Assembly (NCBI GenBank): GCA_049889275.1
Contig: JBMHDS010000049.1
Span: 61,501 to 125,500 of the forward strand
Source of the DNA: Bradymonadia bacterium
GTDB taxonomy: Bacteria > Myxococcota_A > Bradymonadia > UBA7976 > UBA1532
Reading direction: 5' to 3'
Length of the DNA: 64,000 nucleotides
Shown: positions 1-8,545 of the stretch, piece after piece
How the letters are laid out: each line of letters begins with the position of its first letter
Position numbering within the stretch: position 1 is the stretch's first letter
Translations under genes and position numbers: made by a program
The notes under the pieces: model-generated
What the model saw: the letters and a program-made list of their open reading frames with translations, nothing else
Told to the model about the DNA's origin: nothing
Databases searched by the model: none

Positions 1-134
1 TGATTGCCGACATAGATCCAGAGGAACGCCACTGCAGCGAGAAACGCTGCACCAACAAATCCCCCAAGCAGAAGCTTTTCGCGGAGCGACAGTCGGTCTA
101 TTGAATCAAATATTGAGCTGCTTTTTCTCGCCAT
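1..134 (-). CDS. gspM: Type II secretion protein GspM-like (runs off the window)
   Basis: Not in the ORF track. Manual translation from ATG 134 (GGAG RBS upstream) gives MARKSSSIFDSIDRLSLREKLLLGGFVGAAFLAAVAFLWIYVGN, with the LSxRE motif then a TM helix; lies directly after gspL. Confidence 0.7.
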   Translation of the reverse strand, partial: MARKSSSIFDSIDRLSLREKLLLGGFVGAAFLAAVAFLWIYVGN

Positions 135-144
135 GACCGTCTCC

Positions 145-1734
145 TTAGCTACACGTTAATTTACCGGTGATACGAAAACGCCGACGTTCGTCCATGGCCT
201 TTTCATTCCGGTTGATTTCGGTTTGGCGAAAACATCGATTTTGCTTCAGTGCTCTCACGATATTATCGACGTCAGATGTGGACCCGGTTTTTCCGCGAAT
301 TGATAAAGACTTCCGTTCGACGTCGATCTCAATACTGTCAACATCCACCTTAATATTCGGATCCACCGCCGTAGAGATCTCAGCGAGGAGCCTCAGGGCG
401 CTGTATTCGGGAATACCACGGTCGGCCGCCTCGTTGTCCGCCGCGACCGTCGTCAGCAAGAAATCAACGTTATCATTCTCAGCGCCGAGAATTTCTTGGC
501 TCAGCACAGAAACCTCGCCGAGTAAGCGGCTATGCTCAGCTTCGAGAACCCGTTTCTTTGTCACCGCGAACATGGCACCGAGCGCGATCATGAGGACGAA
601 AGCTAAGGCGACCGTAATGATACGTCCGCGGAGAAAACCTAACTCGCCGGTGTAAGCGTAATCACCTTGTCGCAAGTTCACTTTGTTGCGATTGAGTCGT
701 GCGAAGGGTTCGATTGATACCGACAATGCTTTGGCGATGAGTGGTTGATTGGCCTCTCGATCGGTTGTGATCTTAGAGAAGGGGACATTGAGCGACTCGA
801 AGGCCTTGCAGGGGGTTCCCACGGCTGTCTCAACGTAAGTGGTCAGACCCTTAAGTTTACTGCCGCCGCCGGTGAGATAGACCGTCGTGATCGGCTGCCC
901 CACCTCTTTCTCAAAGTATGCGACCGACCGCTGAATCTCCGAGACCAATGGGGCGAGCGCTGAGCGGCAGACATGATTTAATGTTGCCATTCGTTCCCCG
1001 TGCCCCACTTGATCTGTGACCGTAACAAACGCTTCGGCATGTTTTGCTTGCTCTGCATCGAGGCTGCTGATTTGAAAGGCTTCCGCAATGCGTTCTGTGA
1101 TGTCTCGACCTCCGTAGCCGATATCTCGCAGCACCTTTGGCACGCCCGCTGAAAAGACGACGATCTCTGAGTGGGTGTGGCCAATATCGACCAGAGCAAC
1201 CCCATCGTCTATGTGATGGGTGAGCAAATGCTCGTAGAGGTTGGTCAGGGCGAGGGGACCAAAATTGACGCGCTTCGGGTCGATGCCGACACTCTGTAAA
1301 GATTCGAGCAATTGGGCGATGTCGCTCTCGCGGACATACGCGCACACAACAGTGCAAGTGTTGTCATCTCGTGTTTGCAAGATCTGATAGTCAAAGACGA
1401 CCGAGTCGATATCGAATGGAATCACCTCTTCGAGTTGAAAAGGTAGAATCGCGTCGATTTTCTTCGGCTGGTCAAATGGCAGGTCTAGCTGTACGGACGA
1501 CGCGGTGCCCGGTGGCATCGATATCATGATGGTCTCACTCGCGAGTCCCCGCCTATCGAGAAGTTTCTTCGCAGCGGCCGCGTATGCGTCGAATTCCGAG
1601 ACGTCGGGGTCACTGTGATCGACAGACTCGATACCGAACCCGACGAGTTCGTATTTTCGTACGCTCGATACAACTTCGCAGAGCTTAACGGCATGGGAGC
1701 CGAGGTCTAAGCCTACAATTTTGGTTGCCATCAT
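145..1734 (-). CDS. gspL: Type II secretion protein GspL (PilM-like actin-fold domain, TM, PilN-like periplasmic domain)
   Basis: GLDLGSHAVK, DIGHTHS and LTGGGSKL actin-fold motifs; VNLR then TM helix; C-terminal PilN-like domain; position after gspK. Confidence 0.85.
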   Translation of the reverse strand: MMATKIVGLDLGSHAVKLCEVVSSVRKYELVGFGIESVDHSDPDVSEFDAYAAAAKKLLDRRGLASETIMISMPPGTASSVQLDLPFDQPKKIDAILPFQLEEVIPFDIDSVVFDYQILQTRDDNTCTVVCAYVRESDIAQLLESLQSVGIDPKRVNFGPLALTNLYEHLLTHHIDDGVALVDIGHTHSEIVVFSAGVPKVLRDIGYGGRDITERIAEAFQISSLDAEQAKHAEAFVTVTDQVGHGERMATLNHVCRSALAPLVSEIQRSVAYFEKEVGQPITTVYLTGGGSKLKGLTTYVETAVGTPCKAFESLNVPFSKITTDREANQPLIAKALSVSIEPFARLNRNKVNLRQGDYAYTGELGFLRGRIITVALAFVLMIALGAMFAVTKKRVLEAEHSRLLGEVSVLSQEILGAENDNVDFLLTTVAADNEAADRGIPEYSALRLLAEISTAVDPNIKVDVDSIEIDVERKSLSIRGKTGSTSDVDNIVRALKQNRCFRQTEINRNEKAMDERRRFRITGKLTCS

Positions 1735-3089
1735 TCCTCCCTATAGTAGAGGGTTCTTACTGTTTTTCCATCGCGCTTCAATACGGCAAAAATTCGCCTA
1801 GAGATCTGTCCCACCATACCCTGCGCTTGAACGCGGAGCAGTTTGCTCTCCGTTGTTATGCTGTCCTTGAGGTTGTCAGCATAACGTGAAAATTCGCCCT
1901 GAAGCTCTAAATATTGTGGTTCTGTCAAATTGTATCGGGCGAGAACATCCTGCGGTGTAATCTGCAGCAAGTTTCCCATCATTCTCTGTCCATAGTTGAC
2001 GAGCTGTCCGAGTGGGTCTTTGACAACCCCGATGAAGTCATTGACGCCGTTTTTACCCCGAAAAGGTTTGCTTAGTGGGGCCGGCGCCTTTCGTAGGTTG
2101 CGAGCATCCATGATGAGGCGGACATACATATTGAGCGCGTTCTCACCACGTTCCAGTGTCTCTGAATTCTCTCCGCACGCGCCGGCTTGGTTCTCCATGG
2201 CCGCAAACCAAGGCGACTCAGCTCTCAACAAAGTTGCGATCACATCCGATGTCGCGAAGTTGACATCGACCTTACCCGTCGAGTGTACGCTGATCTTGTG
2301 TTTGAGGTGATCAAAGATCTTATCGTTTATGCCTCGGATGAGTCTCAGCTCTTCGATGCTGTCGAAGGGCGCATCTTTACTACGATATCCATCACCACCC
2401 AGTATATCTCGATAGTATGAATCTTCGCCCTCGCCAGCACCTTCGGTGAATTGATTGGTCACAGCGCTGTAGACGATTCGGTTATTGTCAGCATCGATCC
2501 AGTCAACAAGGTTTCCAATGATGTCTTCGCGAGTGTATTCCTTACCGTCCGCCTGCGGCTTTTCGAATTCGGCGGCGATTGCGGGGTCGCAGAGAATGGC
2601 CCTAAGCTTTCGCGCCGTGGTTCGCCGATTCGCACAGTTACTGCCTTGGGTTCCACGTCCCGGACAATGGAGTCCAGCGAGCCCAATATAAGACTCTTCT
2701 GTCTTCATTTGGATATCGACATCGCCCTTAAACAGGCCGATGCCTTCAATATTGTTCATCTCAAAAGACAGCCCACCGATGGGTAGATCCACCCGTGCCT
2801 TGATAAAAAGGTTCAGCATGATGCGGCAGAGCTGCTCCAAGTCCATGTTCTCTTGGAAGCTGCGCAGCGAGTCCCATGCTGCCGGATCTAGGCAAGCTCG
2901 CGTCAACGTAAGAGCCGTCTCGGCCATCGTCGAGGCACGCATTTCATCGCGAAGATTCACGCTAGACTGCAAATGTGTACGGGTCGAGCTTGAAAATTCG
3001 ACAAGCACCAAAGCGAGCACGGTCACCAGTGTGATCACCATCAGAAGCGCCACACCTGCTTGATTTGAACGTGTACGGGGACTCGTCAT
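1731..3089 (-). CDS. gspK: Minor pseudopilin GspK
   Basis: G|VALLMVI prepilin-like start without E5; LVDWIDADN, DAPFDSIEELRLIRGI and GKVDVNFA motifs. Confidence 0.9.
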   Translation of the reverse strand: MTSPRTRSNQAGVALLMVITLVTVLALVLVEFSSSTRTHLQSSVNLRDEMRASTMAETALTLTRACLDPAAWDSLRSFQENMDLEQLCRIMLNLFIKARVDLPIGGLSFEMNNIEGIGLFKGDVDIQMKTEESYIGLAGLHCPGRGTQGSNCANRRTTARKLRAILCDPAIAAEFEKPQADGKEYTREDIIGNLVDWIDADNNRIVYSAVTNQFTEGAGEGEDSYYRDILGGDGYRSKDAPFDSIEELRLIRGINDKIFDHLKHKISVHSTGKVDVNFATSDVIATLLRAESPWFAAMENQAGACGENSETLERGENALNMYVRLIMDARNLRKAPAPLSKPFRGKNGVNDFIGVVKDPLGQLVNYGQRMMGNLLQITPQDVLARYNLTEPQYLELQGEFSRYADNLKDSITTESKLLRVQAQGMVGQISRRIFAVLKRDGKTVRTLYYREE

Positions 3090-3817
3090 CGGCTCACCCC
3101 TGTCACCGCACCGGGCACCTGGGATTCGATCACGTTAATGGGCCTGCGAATGCGCGGCTGTGCTTGCGTCACAAATCGAATTGGCGGTCTACGTTCAGTT
3201 TGTTCGAGCTCCAATGTGATCCGGATTCGGCTCGGTAGTAAGGGTTCGAGCTCGTTTTCGTGGCTGTCCCAGTCTCGCTGCCACGCGTCATCGCCGATCT
3301 CCTTGGAGTCATCCCAATATTCGAAGGTAAGCGTCTTTACACCCTCTAGTATTGGCCAGACAAAGCCGCCCTTATCGGGCTCACTGTCTAAGCGCTTACT
3401 CTCGCGCCGATAGAGTGTCTTCCCCCTATAGGGAGAGTCGGATTTGGCAGGTTCGAGAAAGTAGGCGACTTCTGCTTGGTCGCTCTCACGGGTCTTCGCA
3501 TAGAGACGGACATGGGCCGTACTCGCGAAATACAGCTCATCTGTGGTGCCCTTAAAGCGTGTGATGACCGCGGGCTCCTCTTCTCGCTTATCCCTCGGCA
3601 CCTCGGCCCGCAGAAAAGCCATGCGCATCTCGCGAGCCATGCGCGTTAGCACTTGCCGGCCTTCGTGGTAACGCCCATTCTGCTCCGTAACGATCCGTTT
3701 GGTCTCGTAGCTGGTGACCATGGTTTGCGAAACGGATGCACCGATGATCACAAGAATTGTTAGCGTGATCATGACTTCGACGAGGGTGAAGCCCGCTTGG
3801 AGACGGCTCTTGCTCAT
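3086..3817 (-). CDS. gspJ: Minor pseudopilin GspJ
   Basis: G|FTLVEVMI prepilin motif; LYRRE, WQRDWDS and LPSRIRITL motifs; operon order. Confidence 0.88.
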   Translation of the reverse strand: MSKSRLQAGFTLVEVMITLTILVIIGASVSQTMVTSYETKRIVTEQNGRYHEGRQVLTRMAREMRMAFLRAEVPRDKREEEPAVITRFKGTTDELYFASTAHVRLYAKTRESDQAEVAYFLEPAKSDSPYRGKTLYRRESKRLDSEPDKGGFVWPILEGVKTLTFEYWDDSKEIGDDAWQRDWDSHENELEPLLPSRIRITLELEQTERRPPIRFVTQAQPRIRRPINVIESQVPGAVTGVSR

Positions 3818-4449
3818 CGCGCTAAATCCAGTGCGCTCGGCGTGGGTTCAGCTTTACCATCCGCCGGTGGCGCCGCCCCGACCGCATCGGTCCCAAGGAT
3901 TGTGACAAAGGTCTCGACGACAACGTTACGCTCTTCCAGCATATCTTGCCACGTCACTTCAATCCTCACCTTACGCATCTTGTCTTCAAGCTTTTGAAGG
4001 AAAAATGGAATCGCTGCGATACCTTGCTGGAGCTGTCCGAGTTGTCGCTGCTGGTCTGGGCTTAAGGCCCCAGGGTCAGCAAAGTTGACGCCTAGTGAAC
4101 CGGAGAGCGTTGACAAGACTTGGTCGGCGATCTGCTCCGTCGCCCCTTCAGCGATCTCCATTTTGTAGCTACATGCTTTCCACTTAAAGCGGCGAAAGCC
4201 CTCATCTCTAAAATCGCCTTCTTCGCAATTATCGTAGACATCGATGCTGTCCTTAATAATCGTGTGCCGGATATCGAGCACCTTGCCATAGGCGAGAAGA
4301 TTTGCCTGGCTTACTCGATTGCCAAAGTCGCTCATATGAACAGCCGCTGACTCGTGACCCATGAGTGCGGTCAACGAAACAGCCATGATCGACAGGGCGA
4401 TCATGACCTCGAGAAGGGTAAACCCGCTCTGGTGTTTTCGCTGACTCAT
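3814..4449 (-). CDS. gspI: Minor pseudopilin GspI
   Basis: G|FTLLEVMIALSI; C-terminal MRKVRIEVTW; operon order. Confidence 0.85.
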   Translation of the reverse strand: MSQRKHQSGFTLLEVMIALSIMAVSLTALMGHESAAVHMSDFGNRVSQANLLAYGKVLDIRHTIIKDSIDVYDNCEEGDFRDEGFRRFKWKACSYKMEIAEGATEQIADQVLSTLSGSLGVNFADPGALSPDQQRQLGQLQQGIAAIPFFLQKLEDKMRKVRIEVTWQDMLEERNVVVETFVTILGTDAVGAAPPADGKAEPTPSALDLAR

Positions 4450-5099
4450 CGGCTCTCTTCTTCCACTCTGTCGGGTTGACCGAACTCGCGGTCTGGGTCA
4501 ATCCGTCCAGCCTCACGCTTGACGTGCCCTGTCATTGGATTAACCCGCAACGTAAAAAAATTGCCGGCTCCATCCGTGGTATAGATCATTGCTGGCTCGA
4601 CAAACCCGCTCGGAAAAAAGTGGATGGCGACATCTCCCGTCGTCACAACATCTTCCCGGCCAGCGGTAATGACGCCATCGATGCCGATGCCGCGGGTCAT
4701 GCCCGTTCTTTCGGTAATGACTTCAAAGCGCGCTGGTTTGACCTGCGGTTGCTCTTCATCGCGTTCGGACCGCTGCTTTCGCTCCGCATCTTCAGCCGCC
4801 TCAAGTGCATCTTGTTCAACATCGATAAAGACGCGTTCGGATGATGCTTCCACCCTGTACTGGTCTGTTTCTGGGCTGAGCACCAGCCGTACGTAGAGGC
4901 CTTCGGCGACCGACCTGTTGTATGCGTGGCGAATCGTGGCACTTAAACGATTGGTTTGCGTACGCAGTGCTGCACCCGTGACTTGGTCGAGCCCAGACAG
5001 ACCGACCCCCATCAACAGGACCAACACGGCCAAAACGACGAGCAGCTCGAGCAGCGTAACGCCGCGCGAACTCCGTCCAATGCGCGGAGTGCACGACAA
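4446..5099 (-). CDS. gspH: Minor pseudopilin GspH
   Basis: G|VTLLELLVVL; IHFFPSG and VNPMTG motifs; operon order. Confidence 0.85.
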   Translation of the reverse strand: MSCTPRIGRSSRGVTLLELLVVLAVLVLLMGVGLSGLDQVTGAALRTQTNRLSATIRHAYNRSVAEGLYVRLVLSPETDQYRVEASSERVFIDVEQDALEAAEDAERKQRSERDEEQPQVKPARFEVITERTGMTRGIGIDGVITAGREDVVTTGDVAIHFFPSGFVEPAMIYTTDGAGNFFTLRVNPMTGHVKREAGRIDPDREFGQPDRVEEESR

Positions 5100-5111
5100 C
5101 GAACGATGTCC

Positions 5112-5549
5112 TTATGGGCCGGACACTTTGATGTCATCGTCTGTACCCATCTGGCCGTCAGACCCCTTTGAAATTAACTCGAAGGGGACCCCGTTGCTGC
5201 CATTGGATGCCTTATAGATAATGGCGTTTCCAAAGCTATCCTTGGGTACGTCTTTACCCTTAAGGTACGGACGCATACCCTCCGGTGGGTTCAGCAGTTT
5301 CTTCAAACCATCGCCACCGGGGTACTCACCGTGATTTACCTTATATTGGTTGAGTGCGGTCTTGATTGTACCCATCTTGAGTTTTGTGGTTTTTACCTTG
5401 CTGTTTTCGAGCTGATCCATAACCGCGACGACGACTACGGATGCGAGTAATCCAAGGATGGCGATCACGATCATCACTTCAAGAAGCGTCATGCCTCTCT
5501 CAAAACGGCTCCGGTCGACTGCTCGTCGGTGAGCTGGCATATATCCCAT
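5112..5549 (-). CDS. gspG: Major pseudopilin GspG
   Basis: G|MTLLEVMIVIAILGLL; YP..GL..L, PKDSFGN, SKGSDGQMGTDDDI. Start placed at ATG 5549 behind AAAAGGAG (ORF track starts at 5576). Confidence 0.92.
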   Translation of the reverse strand: MGYMPAHRRAVDRSRFERGMTLLEVMIVIAILGLLASVVVVAVMDQLENSKVKTTKLKMGTIKTALNQYKVNHGEYPGGDGLKKLLNPPEGMRPYLKGKDVPKDSFGNAIIYKASNGSNGVPFELISKGSDGQMGTDDDIKVSGP

Positions 5550-5575
5550 GATATTTCTCCTTTTATCAGCCTTCA

Positions 5576-6802
5576 TTAATTGAGTAGTTCATTCATTTGC
5601 ATGATGGGCAGCAAGACCGCGAAGACGATGACGCCTATCGTGATGCCCATGCCGAGAATCATAAGGGGTTCGAGTAAGCTGGTGAGACCAGCAATCTTGC
5701 TGTCCACCTGCGATTCATACGTATCCGATACAACTGCAAGCATATCCTCTAGGGCGCCCGACTGCTCACCGATGGCGATCATATGAACGACGATGGGCGG
5801 AAACTTGCCGCTCGTTTTAAGCGGGTCGGCAAGGCTCGAGCCTTCCTTCACAGAGAGTCTTGCTTTTTCAACAACTTCGACGAGGAGCTGGTTTCCAAGC
5901 ACGTTCTTCGTGATATCAAGTGCCTTTAAGAGCGGGACACCAGAGCGAAGAAGGGTTGCCAAGGTGCGTGTAAAGCGCGCTACGCCAATCATCAAGATAA
6001 GTTTTCCGACAACTGGTATACGTAACTTGATTTTGTCCCAGCTGTAGCTCCCTTTGGGGGTCTGCTTCCACTTTCTAAATCCCCAAAAGAAGGCGATGAC
6101 GAGCATTAGCATCAGCCAATAGTAGTTGCGTAAGAAGTGACTCGCAGCGATCAGCAGCGTGGTCAACGGTGGCAGGTCTTGTCCGCTGTCCTCAAAGATC
6201 TGAGTAATCTGCGGAATCACGAAGACAAATAGGCCCGCGAGTATCGCGCCGCCGATCAGAACCATGATGATCGGGTACATCATGGCGCTTTGCACCTTAC
6301 TTTTGAGCTTAACCGAATTCTCTGTGAAGTCTGCCAGACGGGCCAAAACCTGGTCCAACGTACCCGACGCTTCACCGGCTCGAATCATATTTGGAAAGAT
6401 TGGGCTGAAGACGGTTGGGTGCTGTTCCAGGGCACCGGCAAGGCTTGAGCCTTCACTGACATCCTGACGGACTTTGGCGAGAACCCGCCGAAGCTTTTTC
6501 TTATCGGTTTGGTCAACCGTCGCGCTGATCGCTTCGACGAGAGGGATGCCTGCCTTTGTTAACGTCGCTAGCTGTCGAGAAAATAGGGCGATATCGCTTT
6601 GTGATATCCGTTCAAGATACTGCTCGAAGTCGATTTCAGTGGCGAGGAGGCCCTGGCCCTTCTTCTGACCACGACCGACACGGGTGATGAAAATGCCCTC
6701 TCGCTTGAGCGCCGCGCGCAGCGCCTTCTCGCTGTCGGCGTCGCGAACACCCGCGACTTCCTTACCTGCGCGGTTTAGTCCTTTAAATTCAAAGGCTGGC
6801 AC
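5576..6802 (-). CDS. gspF: T2SS inner-membrane platform protein GspF
   Basis: FSRQLATL..AGIPL, AGEASGTLD, AMMYP, GEQSGALE and LLEPLMI motifs. Confidence 0.95.
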   Translation of the reverse strand: MPAFEFKGLNRAGKEVAGVRDADSEKALRAALKREGIFITRVGRGQKKGQGLLATEIDFEQYLERISQSDIALFSRQLATLTKAGIPLVEAISATVDQTDKKKLRRVLAKVRQDVSEGSSLAGALEQHPTVFSPIFPNMIRAGEASGTLDQVLARLADFTENSVKLKSKVQSAMMYPIIMVLIGGAILAGLFVFVIPQITQIFEDSGQDLPPLTTLLIAASHFLRNYYWLMLMLVIAFFWGFRKWKQTPKGSYSWDKIKLRIPVVGKLILMIGVARFTRTLATLLRSGVPLLKALDITKNVLGNQLLVEVVEKARLSVKEGSSLADPLKTSGKFPPIVVHMIAIGEQSGALEDMLAVVSDTYESQVDSKIAGLTSLLEPLMILGMGITIGVIVFAVLLPIMQMNELLN

Positions 6803-6817
6803 TCAGAAACTCCCGAC

Positions 6818-8545
6818 TTAGTCCAGGTTGAGAAGGTCGTCTTGAGTGACGCGAAGTACTTCTGCAATGGTTGTCTCGCCCAAAAGGACTTTTCGAGCGC
6901 CGTCGTCTCTGAGCGTCGTCATCCCATGCTTCATTGCTTCCTTCTTGAGCGTTGCACTATCGACATTCTTCATGATCAAGTGGCGTACATCATCGTTCAC
7001 GACGAGAAGCTCGTAGATACCTGTCCGACCGCTGTAGCCACTATCGAGACATTCCTGGCATCCAACCGCTTGGTATACATGGCCAGGACTCCTCGCGATA
7101 AACTCTTCGCGCGTCAAGCCCAGCTGCATCAACTCTGTTTCGGTAGGCACCACGGGCGCTTTGCAGCTGTTACACAGACGCCGCACGAGCCGCTGAGCCA
7201 TCATACCGTTGACTGAAGACGAAACCAGGAACGGCTCTACACCCATGTCCACGAGCCGCGTCACCGCGCTGGCTGCATCGTTGGTGTGTAAGGTACTGAA
7301 AACCAAGTGGCCCGTCAGAGACGCTTGGATCGCGATTTCGGCGGTCTCTCCATCTCGAATTTCACCGACCATCACCACATCGGGATCCTGCCGAAGTATC
7401 GAACGAAGACCAGACGCGAATGTGAGCCCGACTTTGCTGTTTACTTGAATCTGCCCAATCCCGTTGAGCTGATATTCGACCGGGTCTTCGACGGTGATAA
7501 TGTTTCTTGTCGGGCTGTTGATCTTGGCTAGACATGCGTAGAGCGTCGTCGTCTTACCGCTACCCGTTGGACCCGTGACGAGGATGATGCCGTGCGAGCG
7601 ACCAAGCAGCTCATTGATATTGGAGAGTACGGAAGCACCCATACCGATATGTGAGAGGTCTTGGAGCACCGCCGACTTGTCGAGGAGACGCATGACGATA
7701 CGTTCACCATGGCTCGTCGGGACTGTCGACAGACGAATATCGATGTCTTTACCGGCGACTTTAATTTTAATTCGACCGTCTTGGGGGATCCGTTTTTCAG
7801 CAATATCTAGGCCACTCATGACCTTGAGGCGGCTACAAATGGACGCATGGAAACGCTTCGGTGGTTGAAGCACCTCAGAGAGAACACCATCAACACGAAA
7901 TCGAACGGCGATGTGTCGGTCAAAAGGCTCTATGTGGATATCACTCGCTCGCGCTTTGACGGCTTGGTTTAAAATCGCGTTCACCAATCGAATAATCGGT
8001 GCTTCGTCGTCTGCGTCAATGATGTCGATGTCGATCTGGTCGATACCCTCCGCACCACTGATGACTTGCTCGTCTGCGATATCCGACATGACCTGATCTG
8101 CGGCGGCACGTCGATCAAAAACTTTGTTGATGGCATCGACAACGATTTGCTCGGGAAGGATCACCGGGATCACAGGCTGCTTTAAGGCCACGCGTACGGC
8201 GTCTAGACTGCTCAAATCGTACGGGTCGGACAGCGCGACGGCGACAGCGTCATTACGGCGCCAGAGTGGTAAGACGCGCTTGCCGCGGGCGTAGGACACG
8301 GGCAGACTGTCAGATAGCTCAAAGTCGACGCTCTCGATATCGATGCCTTCGAGCCATTCGAGTCCCAGGCAGAGTGTTGTCGCCCGCGCGATGTCGGTTG
8401 CCTCAACCATCTGAAGATGAACCATGGCATCGGCGAGCCCAGTGCCACGTTCGAATGCGGTTTCGCGCGCACGCTCCACTTGGTCGAAACTGACCTGCCC
8501 ATCATCGATCAAACGCTCAACGAGTCGACGCTCAAACATGATCAC
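6818..8545 (-). CDS. gspE: T2SS ATPase GspE
   Basis: ASDIHIEP, Walker A GPTGSGKTTT, TVEDPVEY, LRQDPD, GHLVFSTLH, tetracysteine CNSC/CQEC. Confidence 0.96.
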   Translation of the reverse strand: MIMFERRLVERLIDDGQVSFDQVERARETAFERGTGLADAMVHLQMVEATDIARATTLCLGLEWLEGIDIESVDFELSDSLPVSYARGKRVLPLWRRNDAVAVALSDPYDLSSLDAVRVALKQPVIPVILPEQIVVDAINKVFDRRAAADQVMSDIADEQVISGAEGIDQIDIDIIDADDEAPIIRLVNAILNQAVKARASDIHIEPFDRHIAVRFRVDGVLSEVLQPPKRFHASICSRLKVMSGLDIAEKRIPQDGRIKIKVAGKDIDIRLSTVPTSHGERIVMRLLDKSAVLQDLSHIGMGASVLSNINELLGRSHGIILVTGPTGSGKTTTLYACLAKINSPTRNIITVEDPVEYQLNGIGQIQVNSKVGLTFASGLRSILRQDPDVVMVGEIRDGETAEIAIQASLTGHLVFSTLHTNDAASAVTRLVDMGVEPFLVSSSVNGMMAQRLVRRLCNSCKAPVVPTETELMQLGLTREEFIARSPGHVYQAVGCQECLDSGYSGRTGIYELLVVNDDVRHLIMKNVDSATLKKEAMKHGMTTLRDDGARKVLLGETTIAEVLRVTQDDLLNLD

